Assembly: GCA_965285935.1 (NCBI GenBank)
Contig: OZ260662.1
Coordinates: forward strand, 70,742,001-70,806,000
From: Ophelia neglecta
Lineage: Eukaryota
Direction of reading: 5' to 3'
DNA length: 64,000 nt
Positions 1-13,400 of the stretch are shown in pieces. The translations under genes were made by a program, and so were the position numbers. The stretch's first letter is position 1. Each line of letters begins with the position of its first letter. Under the pieces are notes generated by a model that was not told the DNA's origin, searched no databases, and saw only the letters and a program-made list of their open reading frames with translations.

Positions 1-272
1 CAGGAACGGGCAACTAATGATAGCTTATTTCGATGTTGCCACGGAATTATACAGGCCAAACATCACATAACACATGATATTATATTCGTGGTGGCCTTGA
101 CATGAAAAATTAAATTTGTCCCTAAGGGTGTGTGTCTTGCCCCATCCTCCCCTAGGCCCTTCAACCTTGGGAGTCTGGAAAAACTTACCCCGTCCCCCTT
201 GTCTTGCATGGGTCAAGGAATAACATATCCCCCCCCCCCCCCGAAACCTGCAAACTAAATGATGCAAGTCAC

Positions 273-567
273 TAAGACGGCAACTGTTGACAGAGAAGAT
301 TCTGATAGTCCAGTAACGTGTTGAGTTTTTTTTATTAACTATAGAACTGCGTCGACAATTTTGGAGAAAAAAAAAAGAATTACGACGAATTGTGTTAAAA
401 TACCGACCCCATTACCACGAGTTAAACTAAATGTGTTCTGTCGACCACTCTTGGAACTCTTGGGAAAAAACTGTTTCTTTGGTTTGGCTTGAAAAAAAAT
501 GGACTGATGATAAATGCACCCCCCCCCCCCGCCAGATTTTAATATCAATTTAATGGTCGCTGCCTTA
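273..567. mobile_element. Degenerate MITE-like element (possibly PIF/Harbinger type)
   Basis: Ends taagacggcaactgtt and aatggtcgctgcctta are imperfect inverted repeats (about 5 mismatches in 16) bounded by TAA/TTA, with a poly-C near the right end. Confidence 0.3.
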
Positions 568-869
568 TAAATATGCCTTAATCACATTGCGCAATTCATA
601 GAAAAAAATTAAGGGGAGTGCTAAAAAGAAGATAGAGTCGTTCAGTGTTATAGATTTTCGATATTTTTGTGGGGCAGGTGGTATTTTATACAAAAAAAAA
701 GATCCTCAATAATGATATTCAACAATAGATTCAGGTACGATACCGAAATATGGCGAAATGTTCCTTAGGGTGCACGTCTTGACCCACCTACCCCTTATCA
801 CCCGTGGATAACCTCTCCCCCCCCCCCCACACACATAAACAGGTACACCCCAACGGGACCCACCCCCGG

Positions 870-1318
870 GACCCACCCGCTCGGAAATTACGAATTGCTG
901 TTTTTTTTTTCACCAATACGTTTAAGTCAAAATTGAAAGTAAAAAAAAATATATACGGGAAAGGTTAAAAGTGCACTAGACATTGCACGTCACACCTCCC
1001 CCAGCCCCTAATATGACCCCGGTGTCGTCTGCTCCGCAGCTTGTTTCGTTCTGAGATCTTTCTACTACCGTGCCTATTGAGGCCTATTGATTTGAGCATT
1101 GCTTACTTGCTGCCTGATCGCCCTTCCCGCGTCAATCTGACGTCACGGACTTGTGTCGATGCTAGATTGATGCTGAATATGCATGAGTTGCAGCCATATT
1201 GGATCGACAGCAGCGCTGAGCACCACTCTGCTCAGCAGCAAGACATTAGTCGACGGCATATTTTTTATTATTTCACGAAGAGACAGGTTTGAAAATATGT
1301 TATGAAGATGGAGTGAGC
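870..1318 (+). promoter_or_regulatory. CpG-rich promoter/5'UTR of IA-2
   Basis: CpG dinucleotides are dense from about 870 to 1900 and sparse in the downstream intron. The region lies directly upstream of the first coding exon. The TSS cannot be determined. Confidence 0.6.
1138..1145. promoter_or_regulatory. cAMP response element (TGACGTCA)
   Basis: Perfect palindromic CRE about 180 nt upstream of the ATG, inside the CpG-rich region. Confidence 0.6.
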
Positions 1319-1421
1319 ATGGGGTGGGCTCGAGGAATGAGGGGGGTGTGTATTTTGGTCCTGGCAGGCACCCTTTTTGGAATATCTCAAGCTGACAATT
1401 CCATCTTCTCGGGATTTCTAG
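1319..1421 (+). CDS. PTPRN: IA-2 exon 1 (signal peptide MGWARGMRGVCILVLAGTLFGISQADNSIFSGFL)
   Basis: ATG at 1319 in a CpG-rich region; hydrophobic core followed by an SQA|D cleavage-like site; donor G|GTAGGT at 1421/1422, phase 1, matching exon 2. Not in the ORF track because it is too short. Confidence 0.82.
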
Positions 1422-4400
1422 GTAGGTGGACAGCCGTTAGATATTAGTGTTTGTTATGGTTATTCCGATCACCACTTGGTTTGAGGTTTCGCAAACAAGT
1501 CTGTTTACGGTTATCTGTCCGTTTACATGATTTTCGATATTGTTGAGTTAAATCGCCATACTTGAGTCTAGCAGTCCTTTTTAACGGATTCATTAGCGTA
1601 TTAGCAGGCGCATCCCTTATGCTCAGCGATCCTCCCACGTATACCTTTATAGGAATTGTTGATAATTACATTTGGGGAAAATCACCATAAACAGCGACGA
1701 ATGCTGTTTCATAACGAGTTCATCTCAAGATCAGGGTTTTCACGATATGTACTGTGTACTGTTGCACTTCAGTGTGTATTAATATTGATAACGTTTAGTA
1801 TGTGATCCGTTTTTCATAATTTATTGGCATACTGAAAAACCTGATACGAAATACTAGATACGAAACACAGATACGAGATACAAGGTGTTAAAACGAAGCC
1901 ATATAGACTAGGTTTAGGTAAGCGTGAAAGGTTAGAGTTGGAATGTTTCAGTGCTAGCTTAACTCTGCCCCTTACCCTGTCATAACCAAAGCCTATTTTA
2001 ATTTTTGTATACATGTATCTTGTTTTCCGTCATATCTCTTATCTGGTTTTCCAGTAATTTAAAATGTTGTGAATGTGACAATGTGTTACACAAAAATTTT
2101 GTACTGAAACAAATGAGAACACATTCTCCAGCCATGTACCAATTTAAAGATGCACTTTCTTTAGTGATACTGGAATGTAAGGTTAGTATTTTGTTTAATT
2201 AATGAGGTGCAGATTTTGAGTTGTGCACCAAACTCATTTTTTAACATGTGCTGGGCTAGTTTTGTGTTTTCTTATTCACCATATTAAGGCTATACTGAAC
2301 CACAAATTTATGTTTTATGCCAAAATTGATTTCTGCCAAAGACTATTGTATATACTGCAAAACATTAATAATAAAGAGTGGCCACAAGGTATAAAAAAGG
2401 CAATGAATGGAATTTTCTGAGAAAAATAATGAAAGGTATGATATTGTAGCACTTTTTGTCTGAACATATTGGCATTTTTTTTAAAGCTTACCTTGAAACA
2501 TTGAAATTAATTATGAGTATAACATTTGGATGAATGTGTTCATAGGAATGCCAACTAGTATGCGGAAATTCAGATTTCCAAATTCCAGTCCTGACGGGTA
2601 TTTTTGGAGGTTTGGTAACTAGTCATCCAACATAGTTCTCATTATTTGCAATACAAACTTCGGGTAACTATTGCTAATTAAAAGGAAATCCTATCTAAAA
2701 GCTGCATGATAATCCTCATTAATTCCTTCCAAATACTATAATTATATCTTAGTGTTAAATTTTCATTTTAAATGCTTAATTGTTATATGTGAAGAAAAAA
2801 CTGTAAAGAAGAAGGATTCCCTCTACTGGAAAAAAAAGGTATGACTTGTGGGAGGGGGGGGGGGGGATATATATATATATCTCTTGGTTCCATTTTATTA
2901 TTATATCAGTGATTTCATGGGCACTCTAATACATGGGCCTCTATAAATTGAATTTGAGATGGGAGCTTCCACAGGGTAAATTAAAACCTGTGAATTAAGA
3001 CCACCCTAGGGGCTGGTAAATACTGGTCTGATTATAGAGGTGGCCAGTTTACACTGGTTAGTTTACTTGGCAGGTATATACTATTGTCTTCATATTAGTA
3101 GTCTGAATTGGCAGGTAGTCTGAATATAGAGCTGGTCTTTGCAGCAGGTTTCACTGTAGCACCTTTAAGCATAGAACAGCCCCAGACTTTAGTTAGACAC
3201 CCTCAGAGTAGCAGTATTCCCATTATAACCACTAGACCTTGTGAAATGACCATGTGCATCATTGACTCCAATGGAATTACACATATATAAGGGGGCCTTA
3301 CCATATAGACATTTATGGACAAGACCAAGAGCTAAGCAGTCCACTCTATTCTGCACATTAAGGAAACTGAGAGTATTGTTAAAAGATGCATCAAGATGGT
3401 TCCTAGCATTTAGATTGAGTATAAAGCAGATTTTTACAAGAAAATTGCAGCCCTATTATATAATACTGAGACAACGATAAAACCAAAACTTACACCAACA
3501 ATCAAAGTAAGATTGCAGCAAAGCAAAGTACAATAATTTTCTAATGTAAGGAATTGTAAGTTCTTGCTTTCTATTAAGAAACTTAAATCTGGCATTTGCT
3601 CTTGTCCATACTTCACCATCCATGTTCCTATTGTTATGAGCACCAAGGTATTGGACATTACTTTCACATTTTATTTTAACTCCATCACATTAAATATTTA
3701 AATGATGGGTTATTGACAGCCTGTAGATGTTTAGTACAAAAAAAGGATACATTCAGTCTTGCCCAATGGCAATGATAGTTTATTGTCAACGAGCCAATTT
3801 TTCATATTATGCAATGCTTTATTTCTATTGAACGGATATATCTTTACCTCTGAGTTTTAACCACTAGGGCAGATACATCAACATATAAAAATAAGTAACA
3901 TTTAACAGCAGCAAACATGTCATGAATACATATAAGGAATAACAAGAGTCCAAAAATTGAGGCCTGTGGGACACCACATGTGATAGGAAGTCTGAAAATA
4001 CACCAGCCACATCTAAACTTGGAAAACCAGGATATAAATATGACTCAAATCAGTTGCCTTATTTTGGTCACCAGGAGTTTTGACAAAAGTATATTGTGAT
4101 CAACAGTGTTGAAAGCCTTTATAAATTAGATATCTGTGTTATTATTTTAAAAGGGTGTTTTTGAGTACTTCTCAAGTACTATATGTGAATAAATAAAAGA
4201 AACAGGCACATACCACTTACATCTGATTCAAAAGATGGCTACAATCGCCGCTACATCCAGCCTTCAATCACATGGTGCTTATATGTCATCAAACCCCAAA
4301 AACCAAATCCAATCCTTATCAAAATTAATGTAGTCACAGTGTAGGTACTAGTGAAAGGATTTAAAAAGAACCAAAATGTGCTGATATGTGAACTTGGTAA

Positions 4401-7400
4401 AGGTGGTCAGAATCCTTGCATAATGTGTACAGAATTTGATTTGTACCAGCTTGAATGGCAGTGAATGCTAGGTTTTAGTAGTCATAAATACATTAGGGAT
4501 GAATTTTGCCCAATAGTACATGTATGTAGTGTTTAAGCTGTATTCCCTGTGGCACTTAGTGTGGATGGCATTGGCTGTACTCCTCCCTCTCTCTCTCGTA
4601 CATATTCCCACCATTTTGGATGTGTTGTATGGGTGGAACCATAGTTTCATATCGCTAGTCTTATGTTTCCTGGCTCCCTGCTTTTGGCCTGGAAGCTAAA
4701 AAACATTTATAGCAATCTGAGATTTATTACAGGTGCATGCCTCCGGTAGAAATTTTCGCAAGCTTTGGGTTTTTGGGAGGAGGGAACCGACTCCCTTTTT
4801 TCAAATTTTGATAAGGTTTTTGGCAGCTCTGGACCAAATGTGATTTCCTTGCACATATTGTTTCAGTTATCTATCTACAGATGTTGTGGAAATAATTGGA
4901 AGAAAATAAATGGCAACAAAAAAGAAACAAACTCAAAAGTACACAAAAAAACAACAGCCAGAACTCCAGTGCTTTATTACTGGTGCATGTTAAAGATTTC
5001 TTTGACAAGATTTCGTGTCTGCAATGGAACGTTACACCCATGTATTATCAATATGTTGGATTGCTTTACCTAAATTTTCCTTACATCTGTTGGATTGTCT
5101 TGTACCAGTGTATTTTTGCATGAATTGCCATTTTCCAGTCAAATATTAAACTGTGTGAAACCTGTATTCTCAAATAAAAGTAGGAAATTTGAACTATATG
5201 AATAATTCATACTGTACAAAGTGTGGGTGGGTTTGTGGGGGTGGGGGGTTATAAGCATATGGGTGGCCACATTTTTTGTTTCCATGGAAATGGAAAAACT
5301 ATCTAAAAAATCTTAAAATTATCAAATTTGTCTGATTCTGGTGGCGATTTATCTAAGTTACCATTATGTTTGCATGCACAATGAACCTGCAATTATTGAA
5401 AAAATGTCTGCTGAATCCTAAGTTTGTCTTTTAATAATCTAATCCCAGCGGTTTCTTACAGTAATTGACCTCTGAAATATTGCTTCCTTAGTTGCCATGA
5501 CAACAAACCTCTCAAATGTTAGTTTTTTTATAAGGAATGCTCTTGATATTTTGTGACAGCATAAATTGGGGCTTGAAAATGTGGCTCATGAACAGCTCAA
5601 AATGTGGCTCATAATCAGCTCACAGACGGGCTCAGGAACAGCTCAAAATGTTGCTCATGAACAGCTCACAATGGGGCTCAGGAATAGCTCAAAATGTGGC
5701 TTATAATCAGCTCACAGTGGGCCTCAGGAAAAGCTCAAAATGTGGCTCATGATCAGCTCACAGTGGGGCTCAGGACCAGCTCAAAATGTGGCTCATGATC
5801 AGCTGAAAATGTGGCTCATGATCAGCTGAAAATGTGGCTCATGAACAGCTCACAATGGGGCTCAGGAACAGCTCAAAATGTGGCTCACGATCAGCTCAAA
5901 ATTGGGTTATGAATAGCTCAAAATGGGGCCCATGAACAGTTAACTCGGGCTTGTTTTCTCTGGTTGTATGCCAGAAATCTTTACAACCTGTGGATAATTA
6001 TTAAATAACTACCAAATAACATTGAATTTGATTTCTTCCATTCAAAAGGTTGTATTAATGAAAAATTTAATGCCTTCTGTTTAACTACATATAGTAGTAG
6101 GCATTTTTCACTAAGGCTTTCGGATTAAACACTTCATGACTGCCTGAAACAGATCAATTTTAGCTATGAATTCCCAGTTTTTGTGTTCATACTCTGTGTT
6201 ATTCATATATATTGTAAATAATCTGGCCTGGAGAATTACTAGCAAAGCACACATACATCGACATAATATTGTAATTTTGTAGTAAACAAAGAAAAGCCAG
6301 GAAATGCTGAATCATTCCTATTGGTTTTCAGATAATACAATCCGTAGGTGTTTATTTGGTACCGCTGCCCACTCTCCCGATTTGGCACAACATCTGATTG
6401 ATGTACATGTCAAGGTCATGTTGCTCTTGTACAGCACACCTGCACAATCAATATACACCCACACCGCTCAGATGCCACCTAGCAACTATACATGGAGATT
6501 AACTGTGTTTACTGGTGTGCTACTTCAGTCAGCTTCAAGATATAACTAGTTCATAATTTGAGACAAGGCCTATATGATAATATATTTTGTTGAGCTTGTA
6601 TGCTTTGCTGGGGTTACAAGCATGTTAATGTCCTAAGTACATGAAGATGTCTCAATATATTTGACAATACAAGAAAACACCAGCAGGTTGCTGGTTCGCT
6701 TCTGTTAATTGACAAGGGCATATGGGACTCTCAGAAGGATGAAATATCCATGATGACAAGTATAGGTACATGTACATGATATAAGCCTAGGGTAACATCG
6801 TTAATTCAGCAATTACTTGTACACATTGCCTTTCCTCCTTATATATGTACATGTACACATAGGTTAGTTGAGCGAGGAGTCGCTTATGGGCCAAGAAGCC
6901 AGTGGGTCATTTGGTGACTGGGTGTTACTGGCAGTATTAGTTAATTTTACACGGTCTACTATATATTCTTTAACTTGGGACTCAGAGACTTTTGGCAAAT
7001 CATAGTAATGCTTGGAGTTGGCCACGAAATTTTTACTGGAAGTTTAGTTATGCAGCTGGAAATAATGTTTGGCATACAAATTATTCACCCTGTTCTTTGG
7101 AAGCTCCCTTTTTCCAGGTATCCATATGTCTCTTTTGCTCTCCAGAGCTCTGTAAGCACAACCCCTCTTTCGGTTAGATAGACTCAGTTGAAACTTGGAC
7201 CAGCGAAATACAATGATGTATAACTGTATAGATTTTAAATAGCTTTATTAGATGGGTATGAAAGAAGGAAATTTTCTTGATCAATGATTTTTACAGGTTT
7301 TACAGGTTTTTGAACAACCACACTCAACATGAAGACCACGACTTTTCTCATATTGTATAATCATCTGATGTATTAATTCCCTTACAAACATGCCACTATA

Positions 7401-10400
7401 ACACCACTTTTTGATTACCTATAGCGCCAGCTCAAAATATGGCTCATAATCAGCTGACAGTGGGCCTCAGGAAAAGCTCAAAATGTGGCTCATGAACAGC
7501 TCACAATGGGGCTCAGGAACAGCTCAAAATGTGGCCCATGATCAGCTAACAATGGGGCTCAGGACCAGCTCAAAATGTGGCTCATGATCAGCTCACAGTG
7601 GGGCTCAGGACCAGCTCAAAATGTGGCTCATGATCAGCTCACAGTGGGGCTCAGGAACAGCTCAAAATGTGGCTCTTGATCAGCTCACAGATGGGCTCAG
7701 GAACAGCTCAAAATGTGGCTCATGATCAGCTCACAGTGGGGCTCAGGACCAGCTCAAAATGTGGCTCATGATCAGCTCACAGTGGGGCTCAGGACCAGCT
7801 CAAAATGTGGCTTATTATCAGCTCAAAATGTGGCTCATGAACAGCTCACAATGGGCCTCAGGAACAGCTCAAAATGTGGCTCACGATCAGCTCAAAATTG
7901 GGTTATGAATAGCTCAAAATGGGGCCCATGAACAGTTAACTCGGGCTTCTTGCTCTGGATACTGTCCATTGATAGGAACTTGTATGCCAGAAATCTTTAC
8001 AACCTGTGGATAATTATTAAATAACTACTAAATAACATTGAATTTGATTTCTTCCATTCAAAAGGTTGTATTAATGAAAAATTTAATGCCTTCTGTTTAA
8101 CTACATATAGTAGTAGGCATTTTTCACTAAGGCTTTTGGATTAAACACTTCATGACTGCCTGAAACAGATCAATTCTAGCTATGAATTCCCAGTTTTTGT
8201 GTTCACACTCTGTGTTATTCATATATATTGTAAATAATCTGGCCTGGAGAATTACTAGCAAAGCACACATACATCGACATAATATTGTAATTTTGTAGTA
8301 AACAAAGAAAAGCCAGGAAATGCTGAATCATTCCTATTGGTTTTCAGATAATACAATCCGTAGGTGTTTATTTGGTACCGCTGCCCACTCTCCCGATTTG
8401 GCACAACATCTGATTGATGTACATGTCAAGGTCTTGTTGCTCTTGTACAGCACACCTGCACAATCAATATACACCCACACCGCTCAGATGCCACCTAGCA
8501 ACTATACATGGAGATTAACTGTGTTTACTGGTGGGCTACTTCAGTCAGCTTCAAGATATAACTAGTTCATAATTTGAGACAAGGCCTGTCTGATAATATA
8601 TTTTGTTGAGCTTGTATGCTTTGCTGGGGTTACAAGCATGTTAATGTCCTAAGTATTTAGCCTAGGAGGTACATGTAGATGTCTCAATATATTTGACAAT
8701 ACAAGAAAACACCAGCAGGTTGCTGGTTCGCTTCTGTTAATTGACAAGGGCATATGGGACTCTCAGAAGGATGAAATATCCATGATGACAAGTATAGGTA
8801 CATATACATGATATAAGCCTAGGGTAACATCGTTAATTCAGCAATTACTTGTACACATTGCCTTTCCTCCTTATAAATGTACATGTACACATAGGTTAGT
8901 TGAGCGAGGAGTCGCTTATGGGCCAAGAAGCCAGTGGGTCATTTGGTGACGGGGTGTTACTGGCAGTATTAGTTACCGTATTTCCCCTAATTTTCCGACC
9001 GAATTTTTTTACTCTAATTATTCGACCACCCCCTCAAGTCAAAAAACATAATTTCTAAAATGTTCCTAATAATTCGAACGCTTTTTTTCGTCAATTTTCT
9101 TCATTCCTGACTATCATACAGCTATTCATTATCGTCAACAATTTGTCATGAAAGCAAAACCAAAATTGAAGACCTAGTTTCGAACATTTTAGCTCCTTTA
9201 TTATTATGTAAAATACATAAGTCAATCATACTTTTTACAGGTTTTACAGGTTTTTGAACAACCACACTCAACATGAAGACCACGACTTTTCTCATATTGT
9301 ATAATCATCTGATGTATTAATTCCCTTACAAACATGCCACTATAACACCACTTTTTGATTACCTATAGCGCCAGCTCAAAATATGGCTCATAATCAGCTG
9401 ACAGTGGGCCTCAGGAAAAGCTCAAAATGTGGCTCATGAACAGCTCACAATGGGGCTCAGGAACAGCTCAAAATGTGGCCCATGATCAGCTAACAATGGG
9501 GCTCAGGACCAGCTCAAAATGTGGCTCATGATCAGCTCACAGTGGGGCTCAGGACCAGCTCAAAATGTGGCTCATGATCAGCTCACAGTGGGGCTCAGGA
9601 ACAGCTCAAAATGTGGCTCTTGATCAGCTCACAGATGGGCTCAGGAACAGCTCAAAATGTGGCTCATGATCAGCTCACAGTGGGGCTCAGGACCAGCTCA
9701 AAATGTGGCTCATGATCAGCTCACAGTGGGGCTCAGGACCAGCTCAAAATGTGGCTTATTATCAGCTCAAAATGTGGCTCATGAACAGCTCACAATGGGC
9801 CTCAGGAACAGCTCAAAATGTGGCTCACGATCAGCTCAAAATTGGGTTATGAATAGCTCAAAATGGGGCCCATGAACAGTTAACTCGGGCTTCTTGCTCT
9901 GGATACTGTCCATTGATAGGAACTTGTATGCCAGAAATCTTTACAACCTGTGGATAATTATTAAATAACTACTAAATAACATTGAATTTGATTTCTTCCA
10001 TTCAAAAGGTTGTATTAATGAAAAATTTAATGCCTTCTGTTTAACTACATATAGTAGTAGGCATTTTTCACTAAGGCTTTTGGATTAAACACTTCATGAC
10101 TGCCTGAAACAGATCAATTCTAGCTATGAATTCCCAGTTTTTGTGTTCACACTCTGTGTTATTCATATATATTGTAAATAATCTGGCCTGGAGAATTACT
10201 AGCAAAGCACACATACATCGACATAATATTGTAATTTTGTAGTAAACAAAGAAAAGCCAGGAAATGCTGAATCATTCCTATTGGTTTTCAGATAATACAA
10301 TCCGTAGGTGTTTATTTGGTACCGCTGCCCACTCTCCCGATTTGGCACAACATCTGATTGATGTACATGTCAAGGTCTTGTTGCTCTTGTACAGCACACC

Positions 10401-13400
10401 TGCACAATCAATATACACCCACACCGCTCAGATGCCACCTAGCAACTATACATGGAGATTAACTGTGTTTACTGGTGGGCTACTTCAGTCAGCTTCAAGA
10501 TATAACTAGTTCATAATTTGAGACAAGGCCTGTCTGATAATATATTTTGTTGAGCTTGTATGCTTTGCTGGGGTTACAAGCATGTTAATGTCCTAAGTAT
10601 TTAGCCTAGGAGGTACATGTAGATGTCTCAATATATTTGACAATACAAGAAAACACCAGCAGGTTGCTGGTTCGCTTCTGTTAATTGACAAGGGCATATG
10701 GGACTCTCAGAAGGATGAAATATCCATGATGACAAGTATAGGTACATATACATGATATAAGCCTAGGGTAACATCGTTAATTCAGCAATTACTTGTACAC
10801 ATTGCCTTTCCTCCTTATATATGTACATGTACACATAGGTTAGTTGAGCGAGGAGTCGCTTATGGGCCAAGAAGCCAGTGGGTCATTTGGTGACTGGGTG
10901 TTACTGGCAGTATTAGTTACCGTATTTCCCCTAATTTTCCGACCGAATTTTTTTACTCTAATTATTCGACCACCCCCTCAAGTCAAAAAACATAATTTCT
11001 AAAATGTTCCTAATAATTCGAACGCTTTTTTTCGTCAATTTTCTTCATTCCTGACTATCATACAGCTATTCATTATCGTCAACAATTTGTCATGAAAGCA
11101 AAACCAAAATTGAAGACCTAGTTTCGAACATTTTAGCTCCTTTATTATTATGTAAAATACATAAGTCAATCATACTTTTTCGACCAACCCCGATTTTCAA
11201 ATAAATAATTTAGATTATGTACCTAATTATCCGACCAAATTTGATCTTAATTAATTAATTGGTGGTCGGAAAATTAGGGGAAATACGGTAATTTTACACG
11301 GTCTACTATATATTCTTTAACTTGGGACTCAGAGACTTTTGGCAAATCATGGTAATGCTTGGAGTTGGCCACGAAATTTTTACTGGAAGTTTAGTTATGC
11401 AGCTGGAAATAATGTTTGGCATACAAATTATTCACCCTGTTCTTTGGAGGCTCCCTTTTTCCAGGTATCCATATGTCTCTTTTGCTCTCCTAGAGCTCTG
11501 TAAGCACAACCCCTCTCCCGGTTAGATAGACTCAATTAAAACTTGGACCAGCGAAATACAATGATGTATAACTGTATAGATTTTAAATAGCTTTATTAGA
11601 TGGGTATGAGAGAAGGAAATTTTCTTGATCAATGATTTTTACAGGTTTTACAGCCCTTCACATATCGCGTAGTGGGTGGTCTCCACGAAACCCTTGTTCA
11701 CAAGTGCTACATGCTCCTCCCAGACTGTGCGATGGATGGATTTCATTGGAACTTGTCACAGTGAATAAAACAAAACCCATGTGTTAATGTTTGTAAAGTT
11801 TACATGCTAAATATGGGCAAATGTTAATAGCATATTCAACGAAAAAAGGTTTCACAAAAACAAGAACCTCCAGTTGAATCTCAATACACACAATTGCATT
11901 TGATTGGTTCATATTTGATTAGCAGCTTAAGTTTTAAGTTTTTTTATGGTCCTTAGAATGTGGAGCATAAACTCCCCCTTCCCCTCAAGAAAAGATTTAG
12001 TGTGTATATAAATAGACACTGCATTGTCTGTCCATCCGTTATCAAGTGAGTTGAGGGATTCAAAATAAATCATGTAAACATAAAGAAACTAGTTTTCTTC
12101 TAAAAGTTCTCATTAAAATTAGAAATGGAAACAATGGTGACTATAAGCAATCATATAACAACCAATTATTAGTTATTTTGAGACAGTATGGTCAAATCAT
12201 AATCTCTTCATATAAAAATGTATGATTAATTATCCAGTGTTCCCTAGAAATGTAAAGAATGCAAATATAGCCACACATATTTATGTTTATAACTATTCAT
12301 TGGATTGAAATTGTGAACAATTAATGTTCATAAAAAGGGGCCATGAAATTCTACATTTTACTTGTAGTTGCTATTCCAACTTATATGTCCAAATGATCAC
12401 CTGCTTGTTGTTAGTTACTAGTATACATGTGCATTTACATTTACTTCCAATAATTGTCTACATCACCTTTATTAGTGCATTGGTTTTGTACATATAATAT
12501 AGAGAGGCAGTAGATGAAGCCCAAACATACTAGGAATATTAATTAGTTGGTGTAAATTACAGGGTACTAATTGGATGCCATACAATGATAATTATACATG
12601 TGATAATTTCTTTTATATATATACTCATGTGCATTGCATGTAGCACACAGTATATTGTACCTGTCAAATTAACATGGTCCCAAGGCACAGGTTAATTAGT
12701 AGAAAATGATAGGAAAGTCTTCAGCTTGGAGTTAAAGGTTATTACCTTTGTTATGAACAAATAACAGGAGAAACAATAATGTAATTGTGGTGCAGGTGTT
12801 TTGCACGTTAAACGGCATGTGCTAGAATTTGTAACAGAAAGTGCTACATTTGGTCATATCTGAAGCTGACAGTAATTAGAGGAATAATATTGTTCATCAT
12901 TAGTTTTCATTTCCACCTTATGTAGACAAGATTTTCCATCCATTTTTCAGCTGTTTGACCCATGTGTGATATTTGAAATCCTTCAAACATGTAACTGAAA
13001 ATTGGTATGGTTTGCGGAATCATTTCTCCTATTGAAAATCAGGGTTTTCTTTTTTCCAGCAATTTCCAATACTTTGCTCGGTGTGCCACAATAACACTGG
13101 GGTCTCCATGCACTTTAAATGGAGGGCTGTAGAGTCTGGTGTTATCGCTCATATTAATGCATTCACACATATTAACTCTTGAGGTAAAGGCACAATGGAG
13201 CCTGTGGCTTCTATAGGAAGATAGTCTAGATAGAACATATCAATGTGGCACATTGTAATGTAATGTTGAGAGTACAGCAGGTAACCGTGAGTGCTGTAAT
13301 GGTGTCCCTGGATTTAACATTGACTGAGACTTTTCTTTGAATCAGGTCCATGGCATGTCAGTCATTTTTGTACTTTATTAATTGGGGTTGGGTGCTGGGG

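Larger units (their letters stand above)
5570..11652. repeat. Three-copy ~2 kb tandem segmental duplication
   Basis: The same block recurs at offsets of 2016 and 1944 nt (near-identical 81-aa ORFs at 6304, 8320 and 10264). 7292-9235 and 9236-11180 differ at only a few positions. Confidence 0.95.

Noticed and set aside
5570-9878. 23/46-bp arrays as a CRISPR-like locus
   Set aside because: The units are head-to-tail with no unique spacers, there are no cas genes, and the context is a eukaryotic intron.
6304-10509. Three near-identical 81-aa ORFs (MLNHSYWF...) as a tandem gene family
   Set aside because: The identity is explained by the DNA duplication. There is no recognisable domain, and the flanking non-coding DNA is equally conserved.
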